Below, piece after piece: positions 39,498 through 54,204 of a stretch of DNA of 64,000 bases (position 1 is its first letter; each line of letters opens with the position of its first letter). The stretch is from contig OX597817.1 in the NCBI GenBank assembly GCA_951406725.2, forward strand, positions 126,976,001-127,040,000, in the 5' to 3' direction. A program made the translations under genes and the position numbers. Under the pieces are notes generated by a model. It saw only the letters and a program-made list of their open reading frames with translations. It made no database searches and was not told the DNA's origin. Source of the stretch: Octopus vulgaris. Taxonomy: Eukaryota.

Positions 39498-41979
39498 AAT
39501 TTATCATTTCACATTTTCTCACTGCGAAATGAGGATGCTTAGCACTTTAAATTACATGGTTCAGCGATATTTTGTATGTCTAGCGTGACTATGAAAGTGC
39601 GACTCCGTAAGAAATATACAGAGTTATCCAAAAATGCGCATCATGATATAATTGTCAATATTACAGTCAGCAAAAATATATATTTTGTATTTCAGACTAG
39701 ATTATTAATAGGACTATTATGTTGGGGATCATGATATTTATCGGGAGATGATAATAACGCCAATGATGACGATTAAAGAAGATTAAATCTATTTAAATGT
39801 TATAGGCATATGTAAATGTAGAATTAAATTATGTGGGATATATATAACATCGTTATACGAACCCTAGAAACTATGGAATGCGATACAGTTGCTGTATGGA
39901 TAAATCGTCCTAGCATTGGATTAATTGCCTTACAGTATTCTCTCCGGTTTTCTCGGTTTCATTTCAATTCATGTTGTAATCAAATTTGTCACTTTCCCTT
40001 ATGGGGTTGATAAGTAGATTACAGGTCTTGCAGTGCTTTCGGTTATTCTTTCTACCATCTTACTCTAACTCTCCCGTTATTTTAGTATTTATCTCTTTCT
40101 ACCTGCTGTGTACATGAAATACAAACGACTCGCTTTGTGTCATACTGATACTAAAAAGAGTAATTTAAGTGTACAATAGCTTTCGGAACATTTGACGGTT
40201 TCCACGTTTATTTCATGATATAGTTTAATATCAATTCAGCGACAGGATGTTTATTATAGAGGTCGTCGAATAATCCGCTGCCAGCGTGTGAGTGTTTAAG
40301 CGTCACCTATCACGAAGAATATAACTTGTTCTTTCTTTCAATAAACTTTATCTAATTAATAAACTATAAGGAACTTATACGACAAACACTTAGTCGGAAA
40401 AGTTCATCCATGGTTTCTATCATTACCGTGTGTAGAATATGCGTGCAATTTTTCTAAGATTTGAAAAGGTGAAGTGGCAAGCGGTATTGTCCATCGATTT
40501 AATATTTATTGCTCAACACTATTAGAGGTCTTGTGCCAATATAGCTATCAAAAATAACAGACACTAACAGAATGACAGAATCGGTGTTAGCCATTCGCAT
40601 TAGAGCTGAAGTAGTTTGTAGTGACACGTCTATAAAATACTGCATGATTACTGCTAAATTAATGGGATAGTAATGTTAACCACAGTAAAAAGTTAAATAA
40701 ATTGTGACAAGAGGGTAAGCATTTTCGTAGAAACATCATTATATGTAATTAACTCTTGTCGTCAAGCTTTATAATACGGTTTTCTTTACCTGAAAGAATT
40801 TTGTAATCGAGGGATAATTTTCATGCTGCCTTTCAAACACAAATACCCACTAGAAGTGTAATGTTTTACTCAAAACAATAAAGTTTAGTCGTTATCATTT
40901 TATTCGTGGTATTCGTGTTTCTCTGCGAACTTAAATGTATTTAAAAGGGATTCTAGATTGATCTTATTCAGGTATTTTGTATTTACATCATCCAGGCGGA
41001 CACATTATTCGGCCTTCCTTTTCTTCTGCAATACATTTGTCTGCTTTCGCTAATAGGCAGAGAAAGAGAGAGAGAGAGAAAGAGATGGAGAGGAGAGAGG
41101 GGAGAGATAGGGAGAGAGAGAGAGAGTAGAATAGAAAATTCTTAATTTTCTTGCTTTCCTTTGACTTGATGCCAAAGAGCTATAGGTTATCTCAATTTTC
41201 TCATACGCAGTGGTATCATGATGACAAAATGTAACCTAGGTTTGGAAACACGCGTACCAAACATAGTGTGTCAGATAATTTTTCTCAATAACTAGGTGTA
41301 CTTTCATACTAATAATTGAATATATTGCCCTAACTCACAGCAATAAACATTTAACTGTGTTATATTATGTATTTAACATATATTTATAGTCACTTGGCAA
41401 TTTCACTCTCACTTTTAAATATTGTCTACTTTAGATAAATTTATACATACTATACCGCAATTACTTAGAAATAAAGCTTCAGGTTACAATTTGCCAACAG
41501 AAACAATTCATTTGTTCACTTTCTATTAGATGATGAGAGGAGCAATAAAGTATATATGACCGAAGGTAGAATATATACTAGAGGGGTGTTTCTACGCAGG
41601 AGAAAACCTATTTTGCATCAGATGTAGTTGAATGCTTTTCTTTCAGTCATATTGACCAAATCACAAAATTGCCATTAAACTCATTGTTATTATTCACCTT
41701 GCTATTTTCATTACCTGATCCAATGTTACTTGTGACACTTCTTTGACAGTAGCTTCTTTTGTCAGGCATACGACATGTACTCCAGAAGTTTTAAGACTTT
41801 ATTGTAGGAAAGACAGTTATAATTCCTTTAGATTATTGTAATTCTAGTGTTTCATAACTATATATCTAATAAACTGACCTGCAAAATTTTGTTATTCCCG
41901 ATTGAAAGAGACGCCTGTAGCAGCAAATAGAACACATCCTGCTCTACAATGCTTATCAGAGATGAATAGTTTGGAGACT

Positions 41980-42250
41980 GCATAGACAATATGGAAACTC
42001 GCTATGTAATAAAAAGTTTGTTAAACTAGGAATAAACGCTGCAGAGGCTTATGACATGATCCAGGTTGCTTGTGGATTAAGGTGTATGAGTCACCGAGCA
42101 TCTGTCTTTTGCTGGCTCCAGCTACCAGACAAAGCAAGTCCACTGGATAGCATGAGCACTATCTACCGCCACTGGGTTCGCGTTACGTTATGGAAGTTTT
42201 GAGGGAATACGCACCGGGACATTACACCAGTCCACAATTTCATCTGTCTG
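41980..42250 (+). mobile_element. Internally deleted mariner transposase relic
   Basis: METRYVIK / FVKLGINAAEAYDMIQVACGLRCMSHRASVFCW matches the mariner N-terminal HTH; later EVLRE and D.TPVHN patches. Confidence 0.7.
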
Positions 42251-43604
42251 TATGGTAGGACAAGAGCTTAACTCAATTAAATATATACAACCAGTCAGTA
42301 ATGACTCAATGTCCAGTAATTGTTGTCTTGTCTTGCATTCTATTAATTCTATTATGCGACTCATAAGTTGTTACAATAAGAATATAACGTTTCATCTATA
42401 TCTCATTATTTTATGTTTTAAAAGTGTTTGTCGATATCAATTTTGATATCGTTATAACTAAAAGATTTAATAGTGTTTTTTTTTCTATATTTCTTTCAAA
42501 TAATTTATTAATAGTGGTATATTATTATTCTCCCTATATTTTGCAATCAAACACCAATATGATGTTGTATACAAGCATGCATAAACTTTACATTCACTAT
42601 TTCCTACAGTAAATATAAAATATTCTATACAAATGTGTTTGATAATTCCCTTGGTATATGTTAATTTATATTTAGAAGACAAACCGGTTCTGTTTCTCTT
42701 GATTAGATGTAGTGGTGATAAAAATATTTATTGCCTTAATATATTCTAGACAATACACTGAAGGAGAGATTGATCTGTATTATTATTACCTTCCGTTATC
42801 TTTGTATTTGATGGTAAATATTTAAATATATGTGTATGTGTGTGTATACCCGTGTGTATGCATCCACTTTAATTGACATGAATAAAAATGGCTCATTTTA
42901 TGAAACATATGTTTACGATCGACTGGTTTTATTATAATGCAATCTAACTGGTATATTGTAACATGTCAATATATCTGACACATGATATGTGAAATATTGG
43001 TTAGAACAATGACTTTTAATTGTTTTGTTATCGTTATACCCTTTTGCCTATTATCACTTTTGTCTGCTTTTGAAAGAAATTTACTTGTCCATAAATGTAC
43101 AGTGTATATATGCCGTTATAACTCGCAATAAAATAAGTAATGCCGCGCCATAGAATCAATTTAAAAACTAATCAAATACTGCTATCACCCATATTTGTGA
43201 GAGATCACATAAAATACAATGCTGATAGATATTTTATAGGGACGTATAATTGACAATTATTCTCAAACTCTAATACGTAAGAAATATAATTATTTTTCAA
43301 AACACTCGAGAGTCTCGTATTCTTTCAAGCACAGTAATTGAGTCGTTGTAGCAGCTGGTCTATAAACACTATTTTTTCATACTAAAATTATGATGCATCA
43401 CTAAGCTGTACTCATAATTCCCTTTATCTTGGACGATCTGCCTAGCTTTTTATTCGCGAATCAGTATTTTACTGGTATGCAGATTATTCATGAGAGAAAC
43501 ATACTTTCTTTCTGTCGATATGACCAAAACTTATCTTAAGTCAATATACATATTACATCTCACATTCACACTGCATCTACTGCCAGTACTGATAAAATAT
43601 ATTA

Positions 43605-43752
43605 TTTTCTACTTTAGGTACAAGGACCGTAGTTTTGAGGGTGGAGGCCAGTCAATTAGAAGCACCCCAGTACACAACTGGTACTTAATTTACCGATTCC
43701 GAAATGATGAAAGGCAAAGTTGACCTCAGCGGAATTTGAATTCAGAAGGTAA
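43605..43752 (-). mobile_element. SINE family A, 5'-truncated
   Basis: ctggtacttaatttaccgattccgaaatgatgaaaggcaaagttgacctcagcggaatttgaattcagaa. Confidence 0.8.
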
Positions 43753-46632
43753 CTGATAAAATATATTACATTATATTTGTAACTGCAGGCAAGATAACGG
43801 AAAAGTATAAAATATTTGGAAACTCTTTCCTCATCGGAAAACCGTTAGGAAATTACTTTTACAACTGGGACCAATTCGAACAAATCAATAATCTTCTGTA
43901 ACTCCCTTTTAAAGTATATTAATGAAAAAAAATATATATATGATTTATACAGAAATATCTTTTCCTTAAAAGAAGTCCTCAATTATTAGTATTTGAAATA
44001 ATTATTATCAGCGAAGCCTTAGGCACGTGGAATTTTGTATGAAATATTCAAGGACGTTTTCCATTATTAAATATTTTCATTTTCAAATATGTCTTCGTAA
44101 AAATTTCTGAAATACATTAGGATAACATTTCAGGTGTCAACCTCATAACAAAAAATCGACGGCTATATGGAAATATTATTGAGAGAAAGTAAGTTACATA
44201 TAGGTATAAAGAAGTTATAGTATGATACTAATATTTATTTTTCTTCCAGGTTTGTACTCTAATCTTCCAAAATTGAATTCGTATCCTGTGTGATAATCCA
44301 CTAAATGTATAAATTATATACCACAATCATAGTTTGCTACCACTTTAATTTAAAAATGATAGGGTACCTACCCTCGGTTACATAAACTCAATTATTGGTG
44401 AGAAATTCACTTGGCAACAAAAACGGTATAATACCATAAATATTATATGAATGGTGGTGTTGCGTACAACTCCAATAGGTTTAATTATAGAACAGTATGT
44501 TATGCGTTTAAGAAAACCAAAACGAATTTAAGCATGCAAATTACAACCACAATAATTGAAATAGATGGTAATTTAAAATGAATAGTAATCCTTCCAACAT
44601 CTGTAATACTGAAATATAGTAGCTTGCTTTATAATAAACTTCCATAAATATTACTTTAAAACATTGCACTAATACTAGATGGAAATGAAGTACATAAGTG
44701 AAAATGGCGTCCAACACACACGCACATAGTAAATAAATGTTGCCGCCAAAATAAGCATTCCGAAATCACCATTCACGTTAAAATTTGTATCAGAAAAATA
44801 AACGTTGTTCACTTGTCTAAAATATGAATGTAACATACAGAAAACTATAATATATTCACTGCGTGAAATTATTGATTCGACCTGCGTAACTTTACTTGTG
44901 TCAGAAGGAGAGATGTGTAAAATGTGGAATGCTTTAGTGCGGCAAACTGCAGTAATTCATCTAAATTCTTCTGGGCTAGTGTTCTTTCGCATATTTCTAG
45001 GAAATTATGGAACTCTGCGTATTTCACACAAAATAAAAGTCATTACAAATCAAAATCTACACTAGAATTATTCTTTTTAATATGACCATGAATACAACCT
45101 TTAATAATTGCCTACTTCTAGATAATTCTATCGGATACATTCTATCAACGATTAAAAAAAAACTCCCTCAGTTAACTTTCATAGGTTTCAATCCTAAATG
45201 TATATCTCTTCTAAAATATCTAGTTTTGTACTACTATAATACAATACTCTTAAATAAGTAAAAATACTAATGGGCAGTGTAATCGGTTGGTTAAAAGCTT
45301 TCAATTATAGTTATAACTTTACTGAAGTATAATAATTGGTTTAATACAAAAAAAGAATGGTGTGCAAACGTATGATTTTTCTTTTAGTTAACTGAACTGT
45401 TCATACTGCCAATCGAAAATCCAAATTTTACAAGCTACGTATATTTATTTCTAAATGCGTATCTTTATTATTCAAATTTGTACAAAAGCTGAATTGAAAT
45501 ATATTTGAGTTTTCCAATCTGTATGTTTAGAATATTTTTCAGTACTTAAATTTAGGTCGCTGATACCTAAAATGAAAAATAATTTTATGCATATATTTAA
45601 AGTACAATATATAAATCAATAATATTTAAATTGAATAACAAATTCAAATGAACGCAATGCTTTTGAGAACTATAGCATATTTTATATTGTCTTCATACAA
45701 TTTTTTAATTGTATAATACTGTAGTCAAAAAGGGACACAGCACAGCAAACAGCATAGAAAATATTAAAAAATACGGTAAGAGAAATTATTCGGAAGTTTG
45801 CAAATTTAAAGTTCTATATTTTACAATATATTTCGAAAGAATAAATACACATGTCAAATCATGCATATGTAATTAAATTAGAAAAGAACTTAAGTTATGA
45901 TAATTTTATTAAATGATTGGAAGAGAGTAATCAAATAATGATACTGGTAAAAGTTTAACTCATCAGTACCTTATTTCTAAGAAAAATTATGCATGTCACA
46001 TGATCCACATATCTTTCTATTCACCGATCTTTAACTTTCACTTTCCAATTCTGTCGCTCATTCATATACACGCTCTTTCTTTCTCTTTCTCTTCCTCTCT
46101 CCCTTCCGTGCATCTCTCTTATCGTCGCTCGCCCCTCTCTCTCTCCTCCTAGAATAATGAATATTAGAACATAAAATTCAACGCACAAACCCAATTTCAC
46201 GCATAATCACACACTGAAATACATATAAAACATGCAATAAAACCGGTGTGCTATTAAATAACCCACGCTAATAGAAATACATTATTTTAGAAGAGACTGA
46301 GGAGATGCATTTTGATTACCTGAGATTATTAAGCAATTAGAGCAAGAAAATTTCTAATCACGGGCATATACAATAGAAAATATCATTTCGAACACATTCA
46401 GAGGAAATACTTTGTAAAACAGGAAAAGCTAGAACGTCAAGCAGACAAAAAGAAGCAAAAGCATTAGATATAATAATATAAATATGAGTGCTTTCATGCG
46501 CCATGTGCCTATATGAGAGAATCTCTCACGACAAATAACGCAGCATTCTGTGTGCTAATACAGTATCTACGATATGTTGGATGTAAAGATTGCTTTTGGA
46601 ATTAATTTCTCTTTCTGTCGCTATTATGATAT

Positions 46633-47101
46633 ATCTCTCTCTATCCGCTCAGTCGAAGTTGACTCTCGGTCACTCGTTGGATCAGTGTCCTCCAGTCAGT
46701 TCTATCCTGGGCCGCTTCCTTCAGATTGGCTATGTCCATTCCGGTATCACTCTTGATGGTGTCAAGTCAGCGAGTTCTTGGTTTGCCTCTTCCTCTCTTG
46801 CCACTGACCATTCCGAGCATGATGTCCTTCTCCAGGGATTTTTTCCGCATAATATGACCGAAATATGCCAATCTATGCTTGGTGATCCTATCTTCTAGCG
46901 ATATTTTCGGCCTTATCTGCTTAAGAACTTCTCCATTGGTGAGCCTCGCTGTCCATGGAATCCGTAAAAGTCTTCTCCAACACCAAAGTCGAATGCATTA
47001 ATTCTCTTCTGGTCAGCTTTCTTTAGTGTCCAGGTCTCGCATCCATATGTTGCTATTGGGAAGACAATTGCATTCACCAATCTGCATTTGGTAGCGAGTC
47101 T
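46633..47101 (-). mobile_element. RTE (BovB-like) LINE 3' fragment
   Basis: Minus strand reads TKCRLVNAIVFPIATYGCETWTLKKADQKRINAF, frameshifts to WCWRRLLRIPWTAR...YFGHIMRKKSLEKDIMLGMVSGKRGRGKPRTR, and ends in a short (ga)n tail. Confidence 0.9.
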
Positions 47102-47714
47102 GATATGATATATCATGATATATTATGATATATATATAAAACACAGACACACACACTCACATATACACATATAACAAATTAAAAGGCTTATTAGCAATTA
47201 GAATGTAAATTCAAAATTAATAGACATTAGAAACGTGACAGATATTACTGACTAGAACGGCTTTTGATAAAAATAAGAATTCAAACAACTCTAAGGGCGT
47301 AAATGCACTGAATTTAATGACTGACAAACGGAGGTACGTTTCCAGCTTACATAGTCGGATAGTGATTTCAGATTCTAATGAAGATCATTTTAATCCACAT
47401 CAGTGACTCTCAACACCTAGGATTAAACTCAAATACCTTTGTATGTTTTATACGAAAAACTGTTGAAAATTTGCGAGGACTTTCAAAACGATAAAATAGT
47501 AAACAGTAATAAATTTTAAATTGTTGCTTATACTTTTACAATTTTAAAAATCAGCACGTTTTCAACGGATTTTCTTATAAGACTGACAGAGATAGTTAAA
47601 TATACGATGGCGAGAATTTACCTATCGCACGCTGTATATTGTTTTTGTGAGTGTGTTTGTGTTTTTCTTTCTGTGTGTGTGCGTGTATATGCGTATGTGT
47701 GTGTGTGTTCTTGT

Positions 47715-47824
47715 GTGTCGTTGTGTCTGTGTTTGCCCTTAACAACTGCTTGACGACCGGTGTTTTTTTTACGTACCCGTAACTTAGGCGTTCGGCAAAG
47801 GTGACCGATAAAGTAAGTGCCAAG
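47715..47824 (+). mobile_element. SINE family C fragment
   Basis: gcttgacgaccggtgttt..tacgtacccgtaacttaggcgttcggcaaa; homologous to 12950-13150(-). Confidence 0.6.
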
Positions 47825-49259
47825 ACGACGAAATTAAGGCCGTATTCAAATGACAGAAGCAGTTAAGTGATAAACGTTTAAAAATAATTTTTAAAAAGCC
47901 GTAATTGTTTTCTTGTTACTTGCTCAATTTATTTTCTCTGTTCTGTTATTGTATAGTGTATATTTTTTGAAACTGTTATGCTGCTGTAAATACAACCATA
48001 TTCGTCAAGTAGTCAAATGAGAGAAAACTCATAAAATAAGAACTCAGTTTTATTCTTGGTGCCGGTGCATTTTCTGGTGACATATAAATTAGTCATTAGA
48101 GAGCGATAGAGTTCGAAGCAATTTTCGCGTTCTTATTATTGTGAAAGTTAGTTTCCGAATGGATGGTGCAGCATCAATTTAAACCAAACTTTCATCCATC
48201 CTTTTAATATCGCTACCTTAACCATCACATAAACAACTGAACGAAATCAACAAACATAAATTAGACTAAAATGAAGGAGTAAGGAAATGCTTTGCGAAAT
48301 AAGATATCGATATAGTAATACTAAGAACAAATTGGAAATAGATTATATACATATGTGTATGAAAATATGTGAATTTGAGTGTCAAATGTTGCAGTGTGTG
48401 TGTGTGTATACACTATACGTTTTTATTTCACATTCCTCCCTTTACTTTTGACATATATTTTTTACCAGTATTATTATTGGCCGCAAAAATATCTCCTTTG
48501 GTTTCTGGTTTAGGAAATATAATCGAGCCAGTATAATTTTTCAAGACTTTGGGCGTTCTCGGAAGAAGAGTCTAGGGACGTGTTTAATGTGGATTCAAGT
48601 CCTGTGCTTTTACAATATTAAAATATTGTGAAAGCACAGGAAAGAGGAAAATGAAGCATTTGTACTTAAACAGACACGGTGCTTGACATTTGTGTGGACA
48701 GAAGCGGCCAATGCAGTAACGTTAATAGAATCAAGGTGATGAAACAATGCATACAGATGAACTTAATATAATTAAAACTAAGACGAAGCTAGACTTGTTT
48801 TACATCTGCGTTTCACTTCAAGACAGACTTACGTCAGAATGGTATTCTGAATAACTGATTGGAAATCGTATACAGGACATCCAGTTCTTTTACTTTTAAA
48901 CATCGATGTTAAGAAATATTCATGCAGGTGTTTCTAATGACTATTAATAACTATTTTTTCTATGCAAAACCTTGATATACAATAAGACGGCTATACAATT
49001 AGTATTAAAGTGAGAAGTGGTAGCGATTTTGTTTGCATATTTCTCTCGTCAAATGATTTATAATTTCTTTCAAAATGTAGGAATATCATACAATTTGTGT
49101 AATAATGTTTGCTGAAAGAAACAAGATGTTCAGTAAATACTTGAATTATTTTCTTACTTTAAATATAATTGAAAATATAAAATCTCTCTTACAAGTTACA
49201 TATGAGTCAGAATTTATCAAATTTATTCACATCAGTATTACGCATGCTTATTTTGAAAG

Positions 49260-49366
49260 ATTAAATATAGCAAATATCTATATGTTCAGAATAAAATTAT
49301 CTAGAAAGTTACATCCTGTATTGTCTTAACATATATCGTTCAATTTCACACTTGTTAAATCCGAAA

Positions 49367-49451
<85 letters not shown>

Positions 49452-49452
49452 G

Positions 49453-49483
<31 letters not shown>

Positions 49484-50296
49484 CGTATGTATGTTGTATT
49501 TTCTTGAAAGAATATCGTAAATGTAATAATATATGTTCAAGCATTCGTTTCAAAATATTGTTTTATTTTAAATACAAAGCAATAAATGAACAAATACATT
49601 TGTAATTAGAAAACAATTTTGCAATGACAACTTTAAGCTATTGATAAAATATTTTGTAGTTTGTTGTCTCCAGGAAATTAGTCTTCCGTTTTACATTACA
49701 CGTAAATTTTATATGATATCTAAATAGAAATGTTCTGCCTACACATATTCCTTACTTGAAAATTTTGATTTAAGCTTAGCGCCTCAATACATTTAATCTA
49801 TATATATATATATTATTATTGTTGTTGACTGTTTGCTTAATTCTTAGATTACATATATATAAGAAACATAAATCCTTGTGCAGCGATTTATTTATAACAC
49901 CTAACGTATGTTATTTAGTAAACACTAAAATATTTATGGATATCAGCAAACTTTCAAATGGTAATTCATTCAAATCCAAATTTATTTTAACATAAGGCAA
50001 GATTCATCGACTTTTTTTCGCACTAGTCTCAGATATGTTCACGTCAAATGTACTTGTTTAAATGCTTGATAATCATATATGGATGCAATTTAAATTTACA
50101 ATTATTAGTAGTATAATAAATTTACAATTATTAGTAGTATAATAAATTTACAATTATTAGTAGTATAATAAATTTACAATTATTAGTAGTATAATAAATT
50201 TACAATTATTAGTAGTATAATAAATTTACAATTATTAGTAGTATACGTATAAAATCTATAATTACGTATAAAATCCATAATTAATATATTATATTT
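49260..50296 (+). repeat. Left arm of 3.1-kb palindrome
   Basis: Reverse complement of 51323-52371 apart from a few substitutions/indels and repeat-length changes. Mirrored ORFs (49369..49605+ vs 52037..52279-) share an identical C-terminal part. Confidence 0.97.
50091..50245 (+). repeat. 26-bp tandem minisatellite, ~6 copies
   Basis: Unit taaatttacaattattagtagtataa at 50091, 50117, 50143, 50169, 50195 and 50221. Confidence 0.95.
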
Positions 50297-50935
50297 CAAA
50301 AATTTTCAAAATTTAAAAAAATTTTGTGAAAATTTTGTTCAAAATTTTTGAAAGTTTTTTGAAAATTTTGATCAAAATTTTTGTGAAATATTTTTCATGA
50401 AAACTTTCAAAAATTTTCAGAAATTTTGATCAAAATTTTCAAAAAATTTCAAAAATTTCAAAAATAAAAAAAAATATTTCACAAAAATTTTGATGAAAAT
50501 TTTCAAAAAACTTTCAAAAATTTTGAACAAAATTTTCACAAAATTTTTTTAAATTTTGAAAATTTTCAGAAATTTTGAACAAAATTTTCACAAAATTAAA
50601 AAATTTTTAGGACTTTTATGGAATTTTCAAAAAACTTTTTAAAATTTTGATGAAAATTTTCAAAAAACTTTTCAAAATTGTTGAAAATTATTAAAAGTTT
50701 TGATGAATATTTTCAAAAAACTTTTCAAAAATTTTATGAAATTTTTCTAAAAAATTTTCATACATTTTGTTCAAAATTTTCAAAAATCTTTACAAAAAGT
50801 TTGATGGAGATTTTCAAATATCTTTTCAAAATTTCTGATGTAAATTTTCAGAAAACTTTCCAAGATATTGATGAAAATTTTCAGAAAAATTTTCAGAAAT
50901 TTTGATCAAAACATTCAAAAATTTTGAAGAAAATT
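50297..50935. repeat. A/T-tract degenerate minisatellite (aaaattttgatgaaaattttcaaaa-type)
   Basis: Alternating A4-6/T4-6 tracts with a ~30-33-bp degenerate unit; inverted homologue at 54207-54530. Confidence 0.85.
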
Positions 50936-51104
50936 TACGAAGGGTCGCATGCGCATTCTGTCTCAAATCATAGACCTGAACAGGACTGCAATTTGTTAAG
51001 AAATATTGTTGTACAATACAAAGCAATATACCATATATTAGTTCGCGATCCTTCAAAATGTATAAGTTTAATCCTTAATGTACTAGTGAAAATAATATAT
51101 TGGT

Positions 51105-51310
51105 TTCACATTTTCGTACAATGCAGGCAATTTCGAGGTAGCGCGTAAATCGATTTCATCGACAAAGTCCTCAGCTGCTATTCATTTTATCGACCCCGAA
51201 TCGGATGTAAGACAATATTGAAATCAGTGGAATATGAACTCAGAAGGTAAAGTTGGGTTGAATACTGATAAGTGATTTTGCCCGGGGTGCTGAAGATTCT
51301 GCCAGCTCGC
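51105..51310 (-). mobile_element. tRNA-derived SINE (family A) in the palindrome spacer
   Basis: ttttatcgaccccgaa...gaactcagaagg...gattctgccagctcgc. Confidence 0.8.
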
Positions 51311-51322
51311 TACTCCACCAGT

Positions 51323-52188
51323 AAATATAATATATTAATTATGGATTTTATACGTAATTATAGATTTTATACGTATACTACTAATAATTGTAAATTTATT
51401 ATACTACTAATAATTGTAAATTTATTATACTACTAATAATTGTAAATTTATTATACTACTAATAATTGTAAATTTATTATACTACTAATAATTGTAAATT
51501 TATTATACTACTAATAATTGTAAATTTATTATACTACTAATAATTGTAAATTTAAATTGCATCCATATATGATTATCAAGCATTTAAACAAGTACATTTG
51601 ACGTGAACATATCTGAGACTAGTGCGAAAAAAAGTCGATGAATCTTGCCTTATGTTAAAATAAATTTGGATTTGAATGAATTACCATTTGAAAGTTTGCT
51701 GATATCCATAAATATTTTAGTGTTTACTAAATAACATACGTTAGGTGTTATAAATAAATCACTGCACAAGGATTTATGTTTCTTATATATATGTAATCTA
51801 AGAATTAAGCAAACACTCAACAACAATAATAATATATATATATAGATTAAATGTATTGAGGCGCTAAGCTTAAATCAAAATTTTCAAGTAAGGAATATGT
51901 GTAGGCAGAACATTTCTATTTAGATATCATATAAAATTTACGTGTAATGTAAAACGGAAGACTAATTTCTGGAGACAACAAACTACAAAATATTTTATCA
52001 ATAGCTTAAAGTTGTCATTGCAAAATTGTTTTCTAATTACAAATGTATTTGTTCATTTATTGCTTTGTATTTAAAATAAAACAATATTTTGAAACGAATG
52101 CTTGAACATATATTATTACATTTACGATATTCTTTCAAGAAAATACAACATACATACGCACACACACACTCACACACACACATACACC

Positions 52189-52254
<66 letters not shown>

Positions 52255-52371
52255 ATACACACATTTTCGGATTTAACAAGTGTGAAATTGAACGATATAT
52301 GTTAAGACAATACAGGATGTAACTTTCTAGATAATTTTATTCTGAACATATAGATATTTGCTATATTTAAT
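51323..52371 (-). repeat. Right arm of 3.1-kb palindrome
   Basis: Reverse complement of 49260-50296; carries 7 copies of the 26-bp unit (51374-51554) versus 6 in the left arm. Confidence 0.97.
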
Positions 52372-54204
52372 TTCTCTTTAATAATAATGCGATAATAAGC
52401 AATTTAAGAAGTAAACATGATAAATTATTATACCACTAAATCCGATAGCTACGGTGGTTCATTAATACTGATATGCTCGCAGCCTCACAGAAATCTAGGA
52501 AATTACTAACGCTCTTTTAAGAATTGCTGAAAGTGCATCCTATTACATATCGTGATTCGGCTTAATTAGTTTTGTTGATTTGCCTTTCATCAAAACTATC
52601 ACGTTAATTTTACGGACAAAATCATTCATTCAAATAACAACCATATAATGAATATTTTTATAGAAATATTTGTCTCGTAGCAATATTTCCCAATGTACAC
52701 TTTCTTTACGACAGAGGATTTATTCCATTATTTAGGATAGAAGTAGTAGCTGTTTGTAGTTGGTTGTAAAATATGAAGTATTTCTTATGTTGTTCCGACG
52801 CTCTTAGAGAAACTACTTTTGATATCACTATCACTAATGATCATGCTTGACTGTCATTAATTCATGAATTGGATAAAAACCAATAATTATTCGTCAGTAT
52901 TGGTTCGGTGTATCGTCAGTTTTGTAGTTTTTATTTGTGTTTGTTGTGTCTTACAGAAAATGAGGTCGATAAATGCCTTTTCTGTCTCTACAATTAAGAT
53001 ACGATGTAATTTACTGGAAATGACACGAAATAATTTAGATTTCGGTAGTAAAAATCGAATGACAATTAGGAGTGATGGGTTATCGATTATGGTATGTCCT
53101 TAAGTTAGATTTTATTAAGGACTATTTTATTATATACATATCCCTACACATTTTGAGAAAAAGGGAGGTATTTGGTAACACGGACCCTAATATTTTATTG
53201 GTACATTATTTTACCGATTGCAGGAAAGAATTGAATATCAAAACGAAAAGAGACGAAACAAATAACGTGTAATATATATCAAGTGCAAAGATATATAACA
53301 TGTGTAATATAAACCAATGCGAAAGAAAAAATGATGTCCAAATGAGGTCTAAGCATCTTTACAAGGGAATGGGTTTTACCATCTCGGGACATTTTTTCTA
53401 CGTTCATCGAATGGATTTTAGTTGTTCACGTTGTAAGATACGTACGGTGAAAAAGACAAAATGTAGAAATGTATAAATACTTTATATTATTGTTTAATTA
53501 TAATCAGTTAAATTGTTTCTTATTATGCAAAAACAAAATAGTTGGAACTTCGATCAATTATAATAGTACTATCGCCAATTGAATCGTCAAACTTGGAGTT
53601 ATATAAAGCAAATACAATTTTTAATTTACATATATCATCTCTACATGGGGAAAATAAAAACATATAATCAAATTTTTTTGTTTCGGTCTAATCAAAAGCA
53701 GCAAATTGTACAAAAGTATCTAAACTGTGTTTACGTAACCGAAGGAAAAGTGATTACACTTAGGGATTGGTTGGAAGAATATCATAAACACAACGAGCTA
53801 GAATAAGCTTCCATTTTTTATTACGGATTTTTCCGTAAGGTAATACTTGTTTTGTGCTCAATTTACCTCGTCTTAAATGACTCAAATGTTCAAGCACCTT
53901 TTTTGTGAGAATTATTTCTGTGGTTTTGCATTACTTTTTGTATAGGTACATCTGGTATTGTGTTGTGGTACTTTTATAGAGCGGCTCAAATCTTATTTGA
54001 AGTTATCTTTAGCAGAGAATATATTGATAAAACAGTGCGTTATTCGTATGCTTATCCGGTCCAATCCCTAGAAAAATGTACATATCCATCTACATATAAA
54101 ATCTTATATTTACGTCCAATTTCGTGGTATTGAATTTTTTTCTGCTCCTGAGAAGCTACTCTTAAACTTTGGAAGCCCATTGTTACAGAAGATATACAAA
54201 TAGA

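Noticed and set aside
50091-50245. Regular 26-bp repeats resembling a CRISPR array
   Set aside because: Head-to-tail identical units with no spacers, no cas genes and a eukaryotic context: a minisatellite.
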